Notes: a model not told the origin generated them from the sequence alone. DNA of 64,000 bases from an uncultured Chloroflexia bacterium (GCA_963700285.1 CAVOXA010000022.1:256001-320000), one strand, 5' to 3'. Shown: positions 1 to 9,934, numbered from the stretch's first letter. Made by a program: numbers and translations.

Positions 1-972
1 CACCAGTTCGGAAGAGTTGATGTCGAGGTGATAGCGCGCAAAGGCGATGGCTGCCGCCTGGGGCGGAACAATCTCAAAGAGCCCTTCGTGGCTCTCCAGC
101 CAGCCGTCCAAGATGGGATAGCCCCGCCGTATATAGTCCCGGGTACGCTGGATCAGGCGTGGGCGTACCTCGGGCGACAGGGCGATGGCCGCCAGGTGGT
201 TGGCCAGCATGGTTGTGCCAATGGTCGTGTAGTCATGCCGGGCCCATGTCTCCTCAATGGTGTCGGTTGGACCTACCATCCAGCCAATGCGCAGTCCCGG
301 CAGGCCATATGCCTTGCTCAGGCTGTTGTTGGCCAGCACTTTGTCATACCGGCCCCAAAAGGAGGGAGTCTGGGTATCGGTAAGCCGTTCGGCCCCGCTG
401 TAGACCTCGTCGGCCACCAACCAGGCGCCTGCGTCCGCGGCCACAGCCACAATGGCATCCATCTCGGCCTCGGTGAGGATGTAGCCTGTGGGATTGTTTG
501 GGTTGCAGACGGCGATGAGCCTTGTGTTTTCCGAGACAACGTCCCTGAATTCATCCAGGTCGGGAGCCCAGCCCCTTTCCTCTCTCAGGTGAAATGCCTT
601 GACCTTCAGGCCCAGGTTGTGAGCGATGCCCCAGAGCTGCAGATAGTTGGGCATCATGATGACCACCTCGTCCCCGGGAGCGAGCAGGGTCTGAAGCGCA
701 AGATAGTTGGCCTCAGCGCAGCCGACGGTGACCAGGACATGGTCGACGGTCGCGCTGGGGTAGAGGGCCGCTATATGCTCCCGCAGTTCGATGATGCCAT
801 TGGTTTGCGCATAGTTCAGCTCGGTCGTCAGCAGTTGTTCAATCATTACGGGGTCGTCAATGAAATCGCGGATCGTAGCCGGATGAACACCGCTCTCTCC
901 GAGGTCGTAGGGCACGACGTTCTCCCACTTGGACATCATGCGTTCCTGCACGAAGGGCAAAAAGGTGGTCAT
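1..972 (-). CDS. PLP-dependent aminotransferase class I/II (3' end runs off window)
   Basis: Own translation of the minus strand from ATG at 972: MTTFLPFVQERMMSKWE...VCNPNNPTG...ADEVYSG...SLSKAYGLPGLRIGW. These are class I/II aminotransferase motifs. The + ORF 28..1233 is its antisense shadow. Confidence 0.9.
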   Translation of the reverse strand, partial: MTTFLPFVQERMMSKWENVVPYDLGESGVHPATIRDFIDDPVMIEQLLTTELNYAQTNGIIELREHIAALYPSATVDHVLVTVGCAEANYLALQTLLAPGDEVVIMMPNYLQLWGIAHNLGLKVKAFHLREERGWAPDLDEFRDVVSENTRLIAVCNPNNPTGYILTEAEMDAIVAVAADAGAWLVADEVYSGAERLTDTQTPSFWGRYDKVLANNSLSKAYGLPGLRIGWMVGPTDTIEETWARHDYTTIGTTMLANHLAAIALSPEVRPRLIQRTRDYIRRGYPILDGWLESHEGLFEIVPPQAAAIAFARYHLDINSSELV

Positions 973-1236
973 GTGATGACGAGTGCGCCAGGGTCCAGGG
1001 GGCAGGACGATCGGTGCACTCCCTCCTTTCCTGTTGTTTTTCGGTCCAAGACCGATTGCGTACCTGCAGATCCATTGTGGCACGTTTTTCTGGTTTTGTC
1101 AAGGAGGCGCCGGAGCGCTTTTGGGGAGCGACGCCCGCCATGCAGCGACTGTGGTGGCGCAGATTTGCCGAAAACATCGGTCATAGAATACAATAGGGCG
1201 CCGGCTACGAATGGGTCCGTGCTGGAGGGATAGATT

Positions 1237-1914
1237 ATGAGAAGAGCGACGCGGACGACGGCCACGGTGCTGGGCCTGATCGCCGGCGGGGCCGGCATCG
1301 AGCACGGCTGTTTTGAGATCCTGCAGGGCAGTACGCGGCCGGAGGGCCTCATGATCGCCTCCATCGGCCCTCCCTGCGTCCCGGAACTGACCTGGAACGC
1401 CTGCGAGCCGGCCATGACGGTCTTGCCCAGCTTCCTGCTCACCGGTATCCTGGCCCTCCTGCTGGGCGCGGCGGTCATGGTCTGGTCGGCCTTTTTCCTG
1501 CAGAGAAGATATGGCGGCCTCGTGCTAATCCTTCTGTCCGTGCTGCTGCTTCTTTTCGGAGGAGGCATCTTTCCGCCCATCATCGGCATCGTCGCTGGTG
1601 CGCTCGCGACGAGGATCCAGAAGCCGCTGACTCCGGAGGCGAGCCGCCTATCGGGCGGGCTCCTGCGCTTCCTGGCCGCGCTGTGGCCGTGGGCGCTGGT
1701 CCTGTTTGTGGCCTGGGTCCTGGGCCAGTGGGTCATAGGCTATCTGTTCAACGACTGGCTGCTGGCAAACGGATACCTCATCATTCTCATGGTCCTGGGA
1801 ACCCTATTGCTTTCCGTTGTTTCGTGCTATACTTGGGACCTGCAGAGAGCGAGTCTTGATCCATCTCTGGAAAGTGGAGATTCTTCGCCTCCGCTGCGCT
1901 ACGGATCAGAATGA
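1237..1914 (+). CDS. Hypothetical multi-pass membrane protein
   Basis: GGAGG RBS; several hydrophobic helices; GIEHG and CVPELTWNACEPAMT segments. Confidence 0.75.
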   Translation: MRRATRTTATVLGLIAGGAGIEHGCFEILQGSTRPEGLMIASIGPPCVPELTWNACEPAMTVLPSFLLTGILALLLGAAVMVWSAFFLQRRYGGLVLILLSVLLLLFGGGIFPPIIGIVAGALATRIQKPLTPEASRLSGGLLRFLAALWPWALVLFVAWVLGQWVIGYLFNDWLLANGYLIILMVLGTLLLSVVSCYTWDLQRASLDPSLESGDSSPPLRYGSE

Positions 1915-1998
1915 CGTGCGGGCGACTTTCCATAGCCGCCAAACCCAGAAGCAGTGGGACAGTTCAGCATACTGAGAAGAACGGGAGGAGATTGAGCA

Positions 1999-2478
1999 AT
2001 GAAAGCAATGGTCGTTTACGATTCAGCCTATGGCAACACAGAGAAGGTCGCCCTGGCAATCGGCGAGTCGCTCGCTGCCGCGGCGGAGGTGGAGACGAGC
2101 CGGGCGGCCGAGGTGCGCCCGGAACAGTTGGCGGGGGTCGACCTGCTCGTCGTCGGCTCTCCCACCCAAAGGTTCCGGCCCCTGCCGGCCACGACGACAT
2201 TCCTGAAAGCTATCCCCGCAAAGGGCCTCCAGGGCGTCAAGGTCGCGGCCTTTGATACCCGCATTACCGAGGCTGCCATAAACAGGGTCCGCGTCCTTGC
2301 TTTTTTCGTCCGTGTCTTTGGTTACGCCGCCTCGCCCATCGCCGATCGACTGGAGAAAAAAGGCGGGACGTTGGCGGCTCCTCCGGAAGGGTTCTACGTG
2401 GCCGACACCGAAGGCCCTTTGCTGGAAGGCGAGCTGGAGAGAGCGGCGGAATGGGCGGCCAAGCTCATCCAGGGCTGA
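1999..2478 (+). CDS. Flavodoxin-like protein
   Basis: VVYDSAYGNTEKVA, VGSPT and AAFDTR flavodoxin motifs; GGAGG RBS. Confidence 0.9.
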   Translation: MKAMVVYDSAYGNTEKVALAIGESLAAAAEVETSRAAEVRPEQLAGVDLLVVGSPTQRFRPLPATTTFLKAIPAKGLQGVKVAAFDTRITEAAINRVRVLAFFVRVFGYAASPIADRLEKKGGTLAAPPEGFYVADTEGPLLEGELERAAEWAAKLIQG

Positions 2479-2563
2479 ACCGGCAGCCGAGGCCGGTCCG
2501 TGTCCGCTACGCCCTGCTCATGGCGTGGGTGGTGTTTCGGCGGATTGAGGGGTGAGGGGAGCC

Positions 2564-3346
2564 ATGGCCGAAAAGGGTCTCTACAGAACCGGCGCGGCGG
2601 CCGCGCTGGCCGCCGTCCTCTACTTCGGGTGGAAGATCTACAACCGCCGCTCGCGGGAGCGTGTGGTCAGCCAGGAGGGCCTGGACGATCCGCCGGTTGC
2701 CCAAGCCTTTGGCTTGGTCTCGACCCTGCCTCCGATGCGCCTCCTGCGCAGGTACGTGACCCGCCGCGCGGTGGCCCTAACGCCCTCCGGTCAGGCCGCC
2801 GACCTGGGTTGCGGCCCGGGCCACCTGGCCATCGAACTGGCCCAAGCGGCCCCCGGCTTGGAGGTGACGGGCGTCGACCTCTCGGACGAGATGCTGGCCC
2901 AGGCCCGGGGCTACGCCCAGCTCGCCGGCCTGGGAGAGCGCGTTGCGTTCAAACGGGGCGACGCGGCGCGGATCCCCTTCGCCGATGCCTCCCTGGACCT
3001 GGTCGTCAGCACCCTGTCGCTGCACCACTGGAGCGACCCGGCTGCCGTTCTGGACGAGATCGCCCGGGTGCTGCGGCCCGGCGGCTCCTTCCTGGTCTTT
3101 GACCTGCGGCGGGATATGGCCGCGCCTTTCTACCTGCTGCTGTGGTTCGTCACCCGCTGCGTGGTGCCTGGCGCCCTGCGCCGGGTCAACGAGCCGCTGG
3201 GCAGCCGCAACGCTGCCTTCACGCCCGAGGAAGCCGCGGACCTGGCGGGGCGCTCGCGCCTGGCAAGGCCAGCTCGCCTGGCCCGCTGGCAGGTGACCCA
3301 TGGCCCACTGTGGCTGACCATTGAGGGTATCCGGGCTCAGGGGTAG
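2564..3346 (+). CDS. Class I SAM-dependent methyltransferase
   Basis: ADLGCGPG, GVDLS, GDAARIPF, LHHW...RVLRPGG motifs. Confidence 0.9.
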   Translation: MAEKGLYRTGAAAALAAVLYFGWKIYNRRSRERVVSQEGLDDPPVAQAFGLVSTLPPMRLLRRYVTRRAVALTPSGQAADLGCGPGHLAIELAQAAPGLEVTGVDLSDEMLAQARGYAQLAGLGERVAFKRGDAARIPFADASLDLVVSTLSLHHWSDPAAVLDEIARVLRPGGSFLVFDLRRDMAAPFYLLLWFVTRCVVPGALRRVNEPLGSRNAAFTPEEAADLAGRSRLARPARLARWQVTHGPLWLTIEGIRAQG

Positions 3347-3358
3347 CTCCCCATATCT

Positions 3359-3433
3359 CACCGCAGAGGCGCAGAGAGCCCGGAGAAAGCCCAAATACCG
3401 TCCCAACTCCGTGTGCTTCGCGTCTCTTCGGTG
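3359..3433. repeat. Imperfect intergenic inverted repeat (CACCGCAGAGGCGCAGAG...GCGTCTCTTCGGTG)
   Basis: Arms are near reverse complements; resembles a dispersed REP-like hairpin family. Confidence 0.55.
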
Positions 3434-3446
3434 CAAGAGGATTGAG

Positions 3447-3845
3447 ATGAACGACCTGCCCTTCAAGATCACGACCCTGCTGACCGGTGCGCTCGTGGCC
3501 GGCGAGGCGCTGGCCCTCCTGGTAGGCATGCACCTCCTGAACGAGGGCGATCATGCCTGGGTATCGGTCAAGAACGATCTCTTTCTGGTGTTCGACATTG
3601 TGATCGGCCTGAGCCTGGTCTACCTGGCGCTGGCCCAGCGGGGAGCGGCGTGGCCCTATGCCTTCTACATCGTGGCTGGGCTCGCGCTGCTGACCCATGG
3701 CTACCGTGAGTGGGAGTACCTGGCTGGCGCCGCCAACCCGTTCTGCGCCAACGTACCGCTTTTCGTTGCCAACCGCCTCAAGCTCGCCGGGCCGCTGGCC
3801 GCGGCCATCCTGGGCGCGCCGCTGGCCCTGGCGGCAAGTCTGTGA
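3447..3845 (+). CDS. Hypothetical membrane protein
   Basis: ATG after GAGG; about 4 hydrophobic segments. Confidence 0.7.
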   Translation: MNDLPFKITTLLTGALVAGEALALLVGMHLLNEGDHAWVSVKNDLFLVFDIVIGLSLVYLALAQRGAAWPYAFYIVAGLALLTHGYREWEYLAGAANPFCANVPLFVANRLKLAGPLAAAILGAPLALAASL

Positions 3846-3962
3846 GCCAGCGCGAAGGCCGGATGTGAGCGCGCTATCTATTCGTTTGTTTCTGAATTCG
3901 TTGTTGTGTCCCGCCGCACCTGCGGCACAGGCCCCGAACAAGGGCCCAGGCAAGGAGCTAGC

Positions 3963-4334
3963 ATGAGCACCGCAGCAGTCGCCATCATCGTGGGCTTGTT
4001 TTTCTCCCTTGTACTTCTGTCCGGCCTGTGGCTGAGCCGGTCCGGCCGGCCGCTCAAAGCAGGCATTTCGGCCATGCACAAGCTGATCTCGCTGGGGGCC
4101 GGGATCTATCTCCTGGTGGTCATCTATCAGCAGAATCGGTCCGCGGCCCTGGGTCCTACAGAGTGGATCGCCGTCGCCGCTACGGGGATCTGCTTCCTGG
4201 CCACCGTCGCTTCGGGCGGCCTGCTCTCCTCTGAGCAGCCGCGACCCGCCGCCGTCCTGCGGGTCCACCAGATCGTGCCGGTGCTGACTGTACTCTCATC
4301 CGCCCTGACCCTGTTCCTGGTGCTGGGCCTCTGA
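3963..4334 (+). CDS. Hypothetical membrane protein
   Basis: AAGGAG RBS; 4 TM segments with HKL and HQI histidines. Confidence 0.75.
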   Translation: MSTAAVAIIVGLFFSLVLLSGLWLSRSGRPLKAGISAMHKLISLGAGIYLLVVIYQQNRSAALGPTEWIAVAATGICFLATVASGGLLSSEQPRPAAVLRVHQIVPVLTVLSSALTLFLVLGL

Positions 4335-4898
4335 TGGACGCGTTGACCATTCTCAAGCTTGCCACTTTCGTTCTGGGCACCATCTGCCTGGCCTACGTGT
4401 CCCGCGCTTCGCTGGCAGCGCCCGGTTCCCATGGCTTCTACCGGTTTTTCGCCTGGGTAGCCATTTGGGGACTGGCCTTGCTCAACGCTGGGGTCTGGTT
4501 CCGCGATCCCTTCTCCTGGCACCAACTCATCTCCTGGCTGCTGCTGGTGATCTCGGCCGTTCTGGTTATCGTTGGCGTGCGCCTGCTCCGGCAGCGCGGC
4601 GAGCCCGATGCTTCGGCGCGACGACGTGCCCCTGGTCGCCTTTGAAAAGACCACGACCCTGGTTACCACGGGCGCCTACCGCACCATCCGCCATCCCTTG
4701 TACAGTTCGCTGCTCTTTCTGGCCTGGGGCATCTTTTTCAAGGCGCCCTCCTGGTTCGGCAGCCTGCTGGCCCTGGCCGCGACCCTGTTCCTGGTGGCCA
4801 CGGCCCGCGTCGAAGAGGCCGAGAACCTGCGCTACTTTGGCCCGCCCTACCGCGATTATATGCGGCGGACCAAGATGTTTGTACCTTTTCTGTTCTAA
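4334..4898 (+). CDS. Isoprenylcysteine carboxyl methyltransferase (ICMT/PEMT) family membrane protein, frameshifted near 4620
   Basis: N-terminal half in ORF 4334..4645; C-terminal half TTLVTTGAYRTIRHPLY...EEAENLRYFGPPYRDY in ORF 4572..4898. Confidence 0.8.
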
Positions 4899-5021
4899 AA
4901 GCCGTCCACCTCGTGGCGCGTGCATCCCGAAATGCGACCGGACCACGCAACACGCAATACGCATCGCCCAAGCTCGCCGCCAGCGGCACCGCGGGTCAAA
5001 AACATCACACACGGAGGCAAC

Positions 5022-5567
5022 ATGAACAAAATACTGGTCGTATACGCAACCTGGACGGGAGCCACGCGGGGCGTGGCCGAGGCCGTCGCCGAGGAACTGC
5101 GCGGCGACAACACGGAAGTCGATGTGCGCCGTGCCAAAGAGGTCCGCGACCTCAAGCCCTACCAGGCCGTCGTCGTCGGCGCGTCGGTGCACATGGGCCG
5201 GCTGATGGGCGAGATCCCCAGCTTTTTCAAACGGCACCGAGAGGCTCTGAGCCGCCTGCCGGTCGCTTGTTTCATCGTCTGTCTGTCGCCCACCGAGGAC
5301 AGTGAGAAAAACCGCCAGGAGGTGCTCAAGTACGTCGAAAGCATGCGTCAGGCTGCCTCCGGGGCGGACCCGGTGGACATCAAGGTCTTTGCCGGCGCCG
5401 TGCTGACCGATACGGAAGAGTTTGAGAAGCTGTTCTTTGGCATCCGGATCTTTGCCAACGCCATGGCCAAGTCCGGCGATCTGGAGGACCACCGCGACTG
5501 GGACGAGATCCGAGCCTGGGCGCGGAACGTGCGTCCCGCGCTGTTGGGGGAGTCCGAGAGGGTTTGA
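5022..5567 (+). CDS. Flavodoxin-domain protein (HemG-like)
   Basis: [41 protein letters not shown]; GGAGG RBS. Confidence 0.85.
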   Translation: MNKILVVYATWTGATRGVAEAVAEELRGDNTEVDVRRAKEVRDLKPYQAVVVGASVHMGRLMGEIPSFFKRHREALSRLPVACFIVCLSPTEDSEKNRQEVLKYVESMRQAASGADPVDIKVFAGAVLTDTEEFEKLFFGIRIFANAMAKSGDLEDHRDWDEIRAWARNVRPALLGESERV

Positions 5568-5856
5568 CCCAAATGATGACCCTGCACGATGGTAGTCCAA
5601 AAATGGATATCCACACCCAGTATGGGTTTCAGGCGGACCAATCGGCCAGCTCAAGCACCCCGGGCGATCATCTGGCCAAGGCTGGTTTCCGGAATGGTGC
5701 CTGGTATGCGGGAGTGCATGTGCGGAACGAGGGCGATGGCAGAGAAATCGCCAGCTTGCCTTTTTCGTCGTCATCCTCATCGCCATCGGCGTCCCGGTCG
5801 CAGTATGTCACCCTGGTCTCTCCGGTCTTTCGCTCCAGTTTGTCAACGCGGTGCCC

Positions 5857-5885
5857 TTGACCTCTGCTTGTGGACATGGTACAAT
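5857..5885 (+). promoter_or_regulatory. Sigma70-type promoter
   Basis: TTGACC-17 nt-TACAAT with extended -10 TG; conserved in the duplicate at 16791-16819. Confidence 0.65.
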
Positions 5886-5941
5886 AGCCGGGCCGCATAC
5901 ACTGTGCAGAGCCTTGATGATTCCTTGAGCGAGGCGCAGAA

Positions 5942-6316
5942 ATGTCTCTTACCCAAACCAAAGGCCAGTTGGAGGCCAAGATCGCCACGGCCATCACACA
6001 GTTTGACCGGGAGCACCTGGGGCGTGGCCCTCACAAGGTCCGCGCCTGGATCATCCAGGACATGATCCTGCTCCGTCTCCAGGGCGTCCTAACCCCTGCC
6101 GAAGAGACACTGGCCCGGGATCCGGAGGGGCACCGCTTAATCAAGGAGGTTCGTCGGCGGTTGGTCGAGGGTTCTCGTCCCCTGCTCGGTGATATGATCG
6201 AGGGCCTTTCCGGGGTTGAAGTGGTCAGCTTGCACAGCGACATGAGCATCAAGAAGGGCGAACGGATCATTGTCTTTACCCTGGCCGAAGATCTGGAGGC
6301 CAAGTTCAAACGGTAG
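5942..6316 (+). CDS. DUF2294 / MpsC-family (Na+-translocation associated) protein
   Basis: TKGQLEAKI...EHLGRGP...LTPAE...VVSLHSDMSIKKGERIIVFTL is typical of DUF2294. Confidence 0.85.
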   Translation: MSLTQTKGQLEAKIATAITQFDREHLGRGPHKVRAWIIQDMILLRLQGVLTPAEETLARDPEGHRLIKEVRRRLVEGSRPLLGDMIEGLSGVEVVSLHSDMSIKKGERIIVFTLAEDLEAKFKR

Positions 6317-6374
6317 CGCCGACAATGCCGCCACCCTTGCATTCTGGTCTCCTCTCTGCAATCGAATGCGTGGC

Positions 6375-6490
6375 GGATGCGCTGCCGGCCAGATCGGTCA
6401 TTGCCAGGCGCGCCGTTTGCGCCGATGCACCGCCACGGCCGCTACGCGTTCTCGCGGCTGACGCACGCGATGACAGCCTTGCAACAGCTC
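6375..6490 (-). mobile_element. MITE/RPE-like dispersed element (GCTGTTGCAA...GTCATCGCG...GCAATGAC family)
   Basis: Shares both ends with 21920-22078; absent from the paralogous intergenic region at 17251-17336. Confidence 0.6.
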
Positions 6491-6511
6491 CGGTATCTGG
6501 ATGATTTGCGT

Positions 6512-6540
6512 TTGACAAGCAAAGATTCCTGTGCTAGACT
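6512..6540 (+). promoter_or_regulatory. Sigma70-type promoter upstream of riboswitch-like leader
   Basis: TTGACA-17 nt-TAGACT; same boxes at 17337-17365. Confidence 0.7.
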
Positions 6541-6562
6541 CCGGCCAGTCACATAGGATACA

Positions 6563-6665
6563 GTTTGGCAGGTAGGGTGGAAGGTAAGCTCGTGGCATAC
6601 GAGCAGACCAGCCACTGGGTAGGCCAACACCGCACCCTGAAAGGGTAGCTGGCGTTGGCCTTTTA
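6563..6665 (+). ncRNA. Putative Na+-I (DUF1646-motif-like) riboswitch with intrinsic terminator, unit 1
   Basis: TTGGC/GCCAA closing stem, GGTGG/CCACT, GGT/ACC and GCTCGT/ACGAGC stems. The closing-stem 3' strand overlaps terminator GGCCAAC...GTTGGCC-TTTT. Lies upstream of cation transport genes. Family assignment is from recollection of the motif, not a search. Confidence 0.65.
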
Positions 6666-6687
6666 AGTTTCACGTTGACCCGAGATG

Positions 6688-6790
6688 GACCGGCAGACGC
6701 GGCGGTAGTTAGGCCCTTCGCACAAGGGCGGAGCAGCCGTAGCGTGGGCCAACGCCGAACCTCAAGGGCGTACCAGCTGTTGCCCCTTTA
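6688..6790 (+). ncRNA. Second, degenerate riboswitch-like unit in tandem
   Basis: GGCAG...GCCCTT/AAGGGC...GGGCCAAC followed by weak hairpin and T-run; homologous to unit 1 and to 17515-17620. Confidence 0.45.
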
Positions 6791-6823
6791 TCTATACCAC
6801 CCAGGTGGTGGGAGGAAACCATC

Positions 6824-7168
6824 GTGCCGAATGCTGATAGCCAAGACATACATACAGACCTGGCACATGCCCTCCAGGAGTACTGGGGCGAGTATACAGG
6901 TATCCGCCCCACCCGTGTCCGGGTGGTTTCCGGTGAAGGGGCCATTGTGGTGTGGTTGGAAAATGTCCTGTCCCCGGCCGAACGACAGATGTCCAGTACC
7001 CCGGCGGGTCGCAAGGTGCTGCGGGATCTTGAGGAGCGCATCGTGGAGCAGGCAAGGCCCCAGATGCAGCGCCTGGTGGAAGCCGCCGTGGGGCAGGAAA
7101 GCGCTCCGGCCAGAGTCCTTCTCGATGTCGAGAATGGAAGCGTTCTGGGGTTCTTCCAACTGGCCTGA
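6824..7168 (+). CDS. DUF2294 / MpsC-like protein (divergent paralog)
   Basis: EYTGIRPTRVRV...LENVLSPAERQM...GRKVL...VLGFFQL aligns with the DUF2294 pattern; GGAGG RBS. Confidence 0.7.
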   Translation: MPNADSQDIHTDLAHALQEYWGEYTGIRPTRVRVVSGEGAIVVWLENVLSPAERQMSSTPAGRKVLRDLEERIVEQARPQMQRLVEAAVGQESAPARVLLDVENGSVLGFFQLA

Positions 7169-7222
7169 TCGGATGGGGGATGGGGCCCGGAAAGTCGTCA
7201 AGATTGTGAAATCTGAAAGGGG

Positions 7223-8113
7223 TTGAGGAAAGCGATGTTCTACCTGTTGATTGTCATTCTGGATGATTTGAGGCTCATGCCTGAGCTGCTTCGGGTCTGG
7301 AAATCGATCGGCGTTCCGGGAGCAACCATCCTGGCAAGCGCTGGGGCCCACCGCACGAGTACCTGGCTCAGTCGCGTGGGTCTGGGGGCCATCGATCGCC
7401 TCTTTGAGGCTGAAGAAGTACGCCGGCGCACACTCCTGGTCGCAATTGAGGGCGACGACCTGCTGGCTCAGGCTATAGCCGAGGCCGAGCGAGTGGTGGG
7501 CGGGTTTGACCGGCCCGACAGTGGCCTGCTGCTGGTCTTGCCCATGGCCCAGGTCAGAGGATTGCACAAAGTCCAGCCCAAGCCTCGCCAGGACAAACTG
7601 CCTCCCGCGGTACGCCCGGACTGGGTGGTCCAGCGAGATACACCGATACAGGTCGTCGTTGACACCCTGAATCTGGAGCCGACGCTTGTTCGCCTCGACA
7701 CGCCCTTGGACGAGGTAGTTCAGGCCATGCTTGCCCACCCCAGGGTACACACGGCTTGCGTGCTGAACGACGACGGGCGATTGGTGGGGGTGCTCGATCT
7801 GCGCACGCTGGCCGACGACTTCTTTTTTCATCTCATGCCCGAAGAGTTCCTGAGCGAGATTACCGACCTGGAGCATGCGATGGCCTTTGCCGCGAGAAGC
7901 GGCATGCGCACCGCCGCCGACGCCATGCAGGCGCCGGTGTGGGTAAAGAACGGGCGGACGGTAAAGGATGCTTTCAAGCGCATGCACGAGCACAATCTGC
8001 AGGGATTGCCCGTGGTGGACGATCGCTACCATGTCACAGGCTATATCAACCTGTTGGAACTGATGGCCTGCTGCCTGGAGCCTTTGGCAGGCAACGCGGA
8101 GGTGAAGTCGTGA
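7223..8113 (+). CDS. PII-like domain fused to tandem CBS domains
   Basis: N-terminus (LLIVILDD...GVPGATIL...SGLLLVLP) is homologous to 18974..19336; C-terminus has CBS motifs (VLNDDGRLVGVL, LPVVDDRYHVTGYI). Confidence 0.8.
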   Translation: MRKAMFYLLIVILDDLRLMPELLRVWKSIGVPGATILASAGAHRTSTWLSRVGLGAIDRLFEAEEVRRRTLLVAIEGDDLLAQAIAEAERVVGGFDRPDSGLLLVLPMAQVRGLHKVQPKPRQDKLPPAVRPDWVVQRDTPIQVVVDTLNLEPTLVRLDTPLDEVVQAMLAHPRVHTACVLNDDGRLVGVLDLRTLADDFFFHLMPEEFLSEITDLEHAMAFAARSGMRTAADAMQAPVWVKNGRTVKDAFKRMHEHNLQGLPVVDDRYHVTGYINLLELMACCLEPLAGNAEVKS

Positions 8114-9372
8114 ACCCCGTGTGGCTGGCTGGCGGCGTCTTTTTGATTACCTACGCCCTGATCGTTACCGAACGGGTGCACCGCACCGTGTCGGCTCTGC
8201 TGGGCGGCGTGGCCGTGATTCTCCTGGGCGTGCTCTCCCAGGATGAGGCGTTTCACGCCATAGACTGGAACGTGATTTTTCTGCTGCTGGGCATGATGGT
8301 CATCGCCAGCGTGCTGCAGCAAACCGGCCTCTTTCAATGGGTCGCTATCCAAGCTGTCAAGTCGGGGCAAGGCGATCCCTTCCGCATCCTGGTCATTCTC
8401 TCCGCAGTGACCGCTGCCTCTTCGGCGCTCCTGGACAACGTGACCATCGTTATCTTGGCTGCCCCGGTGGCCTTGTTCGTGGCGGCCAGTCTCAGGGTGA
8501 ACCCACTGCCCTTTCTCATTGCCACGATCCTGGCGTCCAATATCGGTGGTACTGCGACCCTCGTCGGCGATCCGCCCAACATCCTCATCGGCAGTGCGGC
8601 CGGAATAGACTTTCTGACCTTCGCTGCTAATCTGACCCCGATCAGTCTGCTGATCTTGTTCCTCTTTCTCGGGCTGTGTTGGTTTCTGTTCAGGAGCGAT
8701 CTGCGAACTGCGCAGAGTGGCGCGTTGGATATCGACGCCCTGGAGACAGAGGCGCTGATCACAGACAGATCGCTGCTACGCAAAGCGTTGGTCGTCATGG
8801 CCGGCGTGATCGTGGGCTTTCTCATGCACGGGACGCTTCATCTGGAACCGGCGACCATCGCTCTGGCCGGCGCCACGATCCTACTCCTGTGGGGGCGGAG
8901 CGATCCGCATCACGTCCTGCGAGAGGTCGAGTGGACGACCCTCATCTTCTTTATCGGTCTGTTCATCATTGTGGAAGCCGTGGTACAGGTGGGGATCATC
9001 GAGGCCGTGGCCGAGGCATTGCTGCGCCTGACCGGTGGTAACCTCCAAGTGACCTCGATGCTGCTCCTGTGGTTCTCGGCTTTTGCTTCGGGCATCGTGG
9101 ACAATATCCCCTATACGGCAACCATGATTCCCATCGTGGAGAACCTGGGGCAGAGCATGCCGGTAATGCCCCTATGGTGGTCGCTGGCATTGGGGGCTTG
9201 CCTGGGAGGCAACGCCACCCTGGTGGGCGCCGCAGCGAACGTGGTGGTGGCGAACCTGGCCGAGAAGAGTGGCCATCCCATCAGTTTCAGACGCTTCCTG
9301 GGCTACGGCCTGGCGACCACCGCGATGTCGCTGTTGCTGGCGACGGGGTACGTGTGGCTGCGCTATCTGTGA
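8110..9372 (+). CDS. ArsB/NhaD (SLC13/CitMHS-like) ion transporter
   Basis: SALLDNVT, SNIGGTATLVGDPPN, SGIVDNIP and LGGNATLVGAAAN motifs; about 11 TM segments. Confidence 0.9.
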   Translation: MNPVWLAGGVFLITYALIVTERVHRTVSALLGGVAVILLGVLSQDEAFHAIDWNVIFLLLGMMVIASVLQQTGLFQWVAIQAVKSGQGDPFRILVILSAVTAASSALLDNVTIVILAAPVALFVAASLRVNPLPFLIATILASNIGGTATLVGDPPNILIGSAAGIDFLTFAANLTPISLLILFLFLGLCWFLFRSDLRTAQSGALDIDALETEALITDRSLLRKALVVMAGVIVGFLMHGTLHLEPATIALAGATILLLWGRSDPHHVLREVEWTTLIFFIGLFIIVEAVVQVGIIEAVAEALLRLTGGNLQVTSMLLLWFSAFASGIVDNIPYTATMIPIVENLGQSMPVMPLWWSLALGACLGGNATLVGAAANVVVANLAEKSGHPISFRRFLGYGLATTAMSLLLATGYVWLRYL

Positions 9373-9479
9373 ACAGGAGAGCAAGTCTAGATCTGCAGCA
9401 CTAGCCCAAGGCTGGTGCCGCAATGGCCATCCCGCCGATGGCCGCAGAGCCCTGCGCGGGCGGAAAGGAGGCTCGAGCT

Positions 9480-9923
9480 ATGTACAAGCGTGTTCTTTTG
9501 CCCCTGGACGGATCACCTCTGGCCGAACAAGCGCTGCCCCATGCCATCGCCCAGGCCAGAAACTCTCAAGCAGAGTTGGTCCTGCTGAGAGTCGTAGAAC
9601 CATTTGACCGCGGCACAGGCTTATCGCTGGCGGCCCATGAGCGGCTAAACGAACAGGCGGCGATCTGGGCTCGCGAGTACCTGGAACCCATCGCTGCTGA
9701 CGTTCAACAGCAAGGTATTCGGGTTCAGGTGGTCATCGTCGAGGGGCGCCCTCATGTACAGATCGCTGAATTCGCGGAGGGCAATCAGGTGGATCTGATT
9801 GTAATCTCTGCACGCGGGAAATCTGGACTCAGCCGCTGGCTGATGGGCAGCGTCGCCGATCGCATTGTGCGTGGAGCCACGGTGCCGGTGCTGTTGGTGC
9901 GCGCCCTGAAGGAAGAGGCTTAA
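9480..9923 (+). CDS. Universal stress protein
   Basis: MYKRVLLPLDGS...DLIVISARGKSGLSRWLMGSVADRIV. Confidence 0.92.
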   Translation: MYKRVLLPLDGSPLAEQALPHAIAQARNSQAELVLLRVVEPFDRGTGLSLAAHERLNEQAAIWAREYLEPIAADVQQQGIRVQVVIVEGRPHVQIAEFAEGNQVDLIVISARGKSGLSRWLMGSVADRIVRGATVPVLLVRALKEEA

Positions 9924-9934
9924 AGAGTGAGGAG

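Noticed and set aside
28-1233. Long ORFs such as 28..1233, 30584..32113, 32790..34211 and 51455..53227
   Set aside because: Antisense shadows of motif-bearing genes in high-GC DNA.
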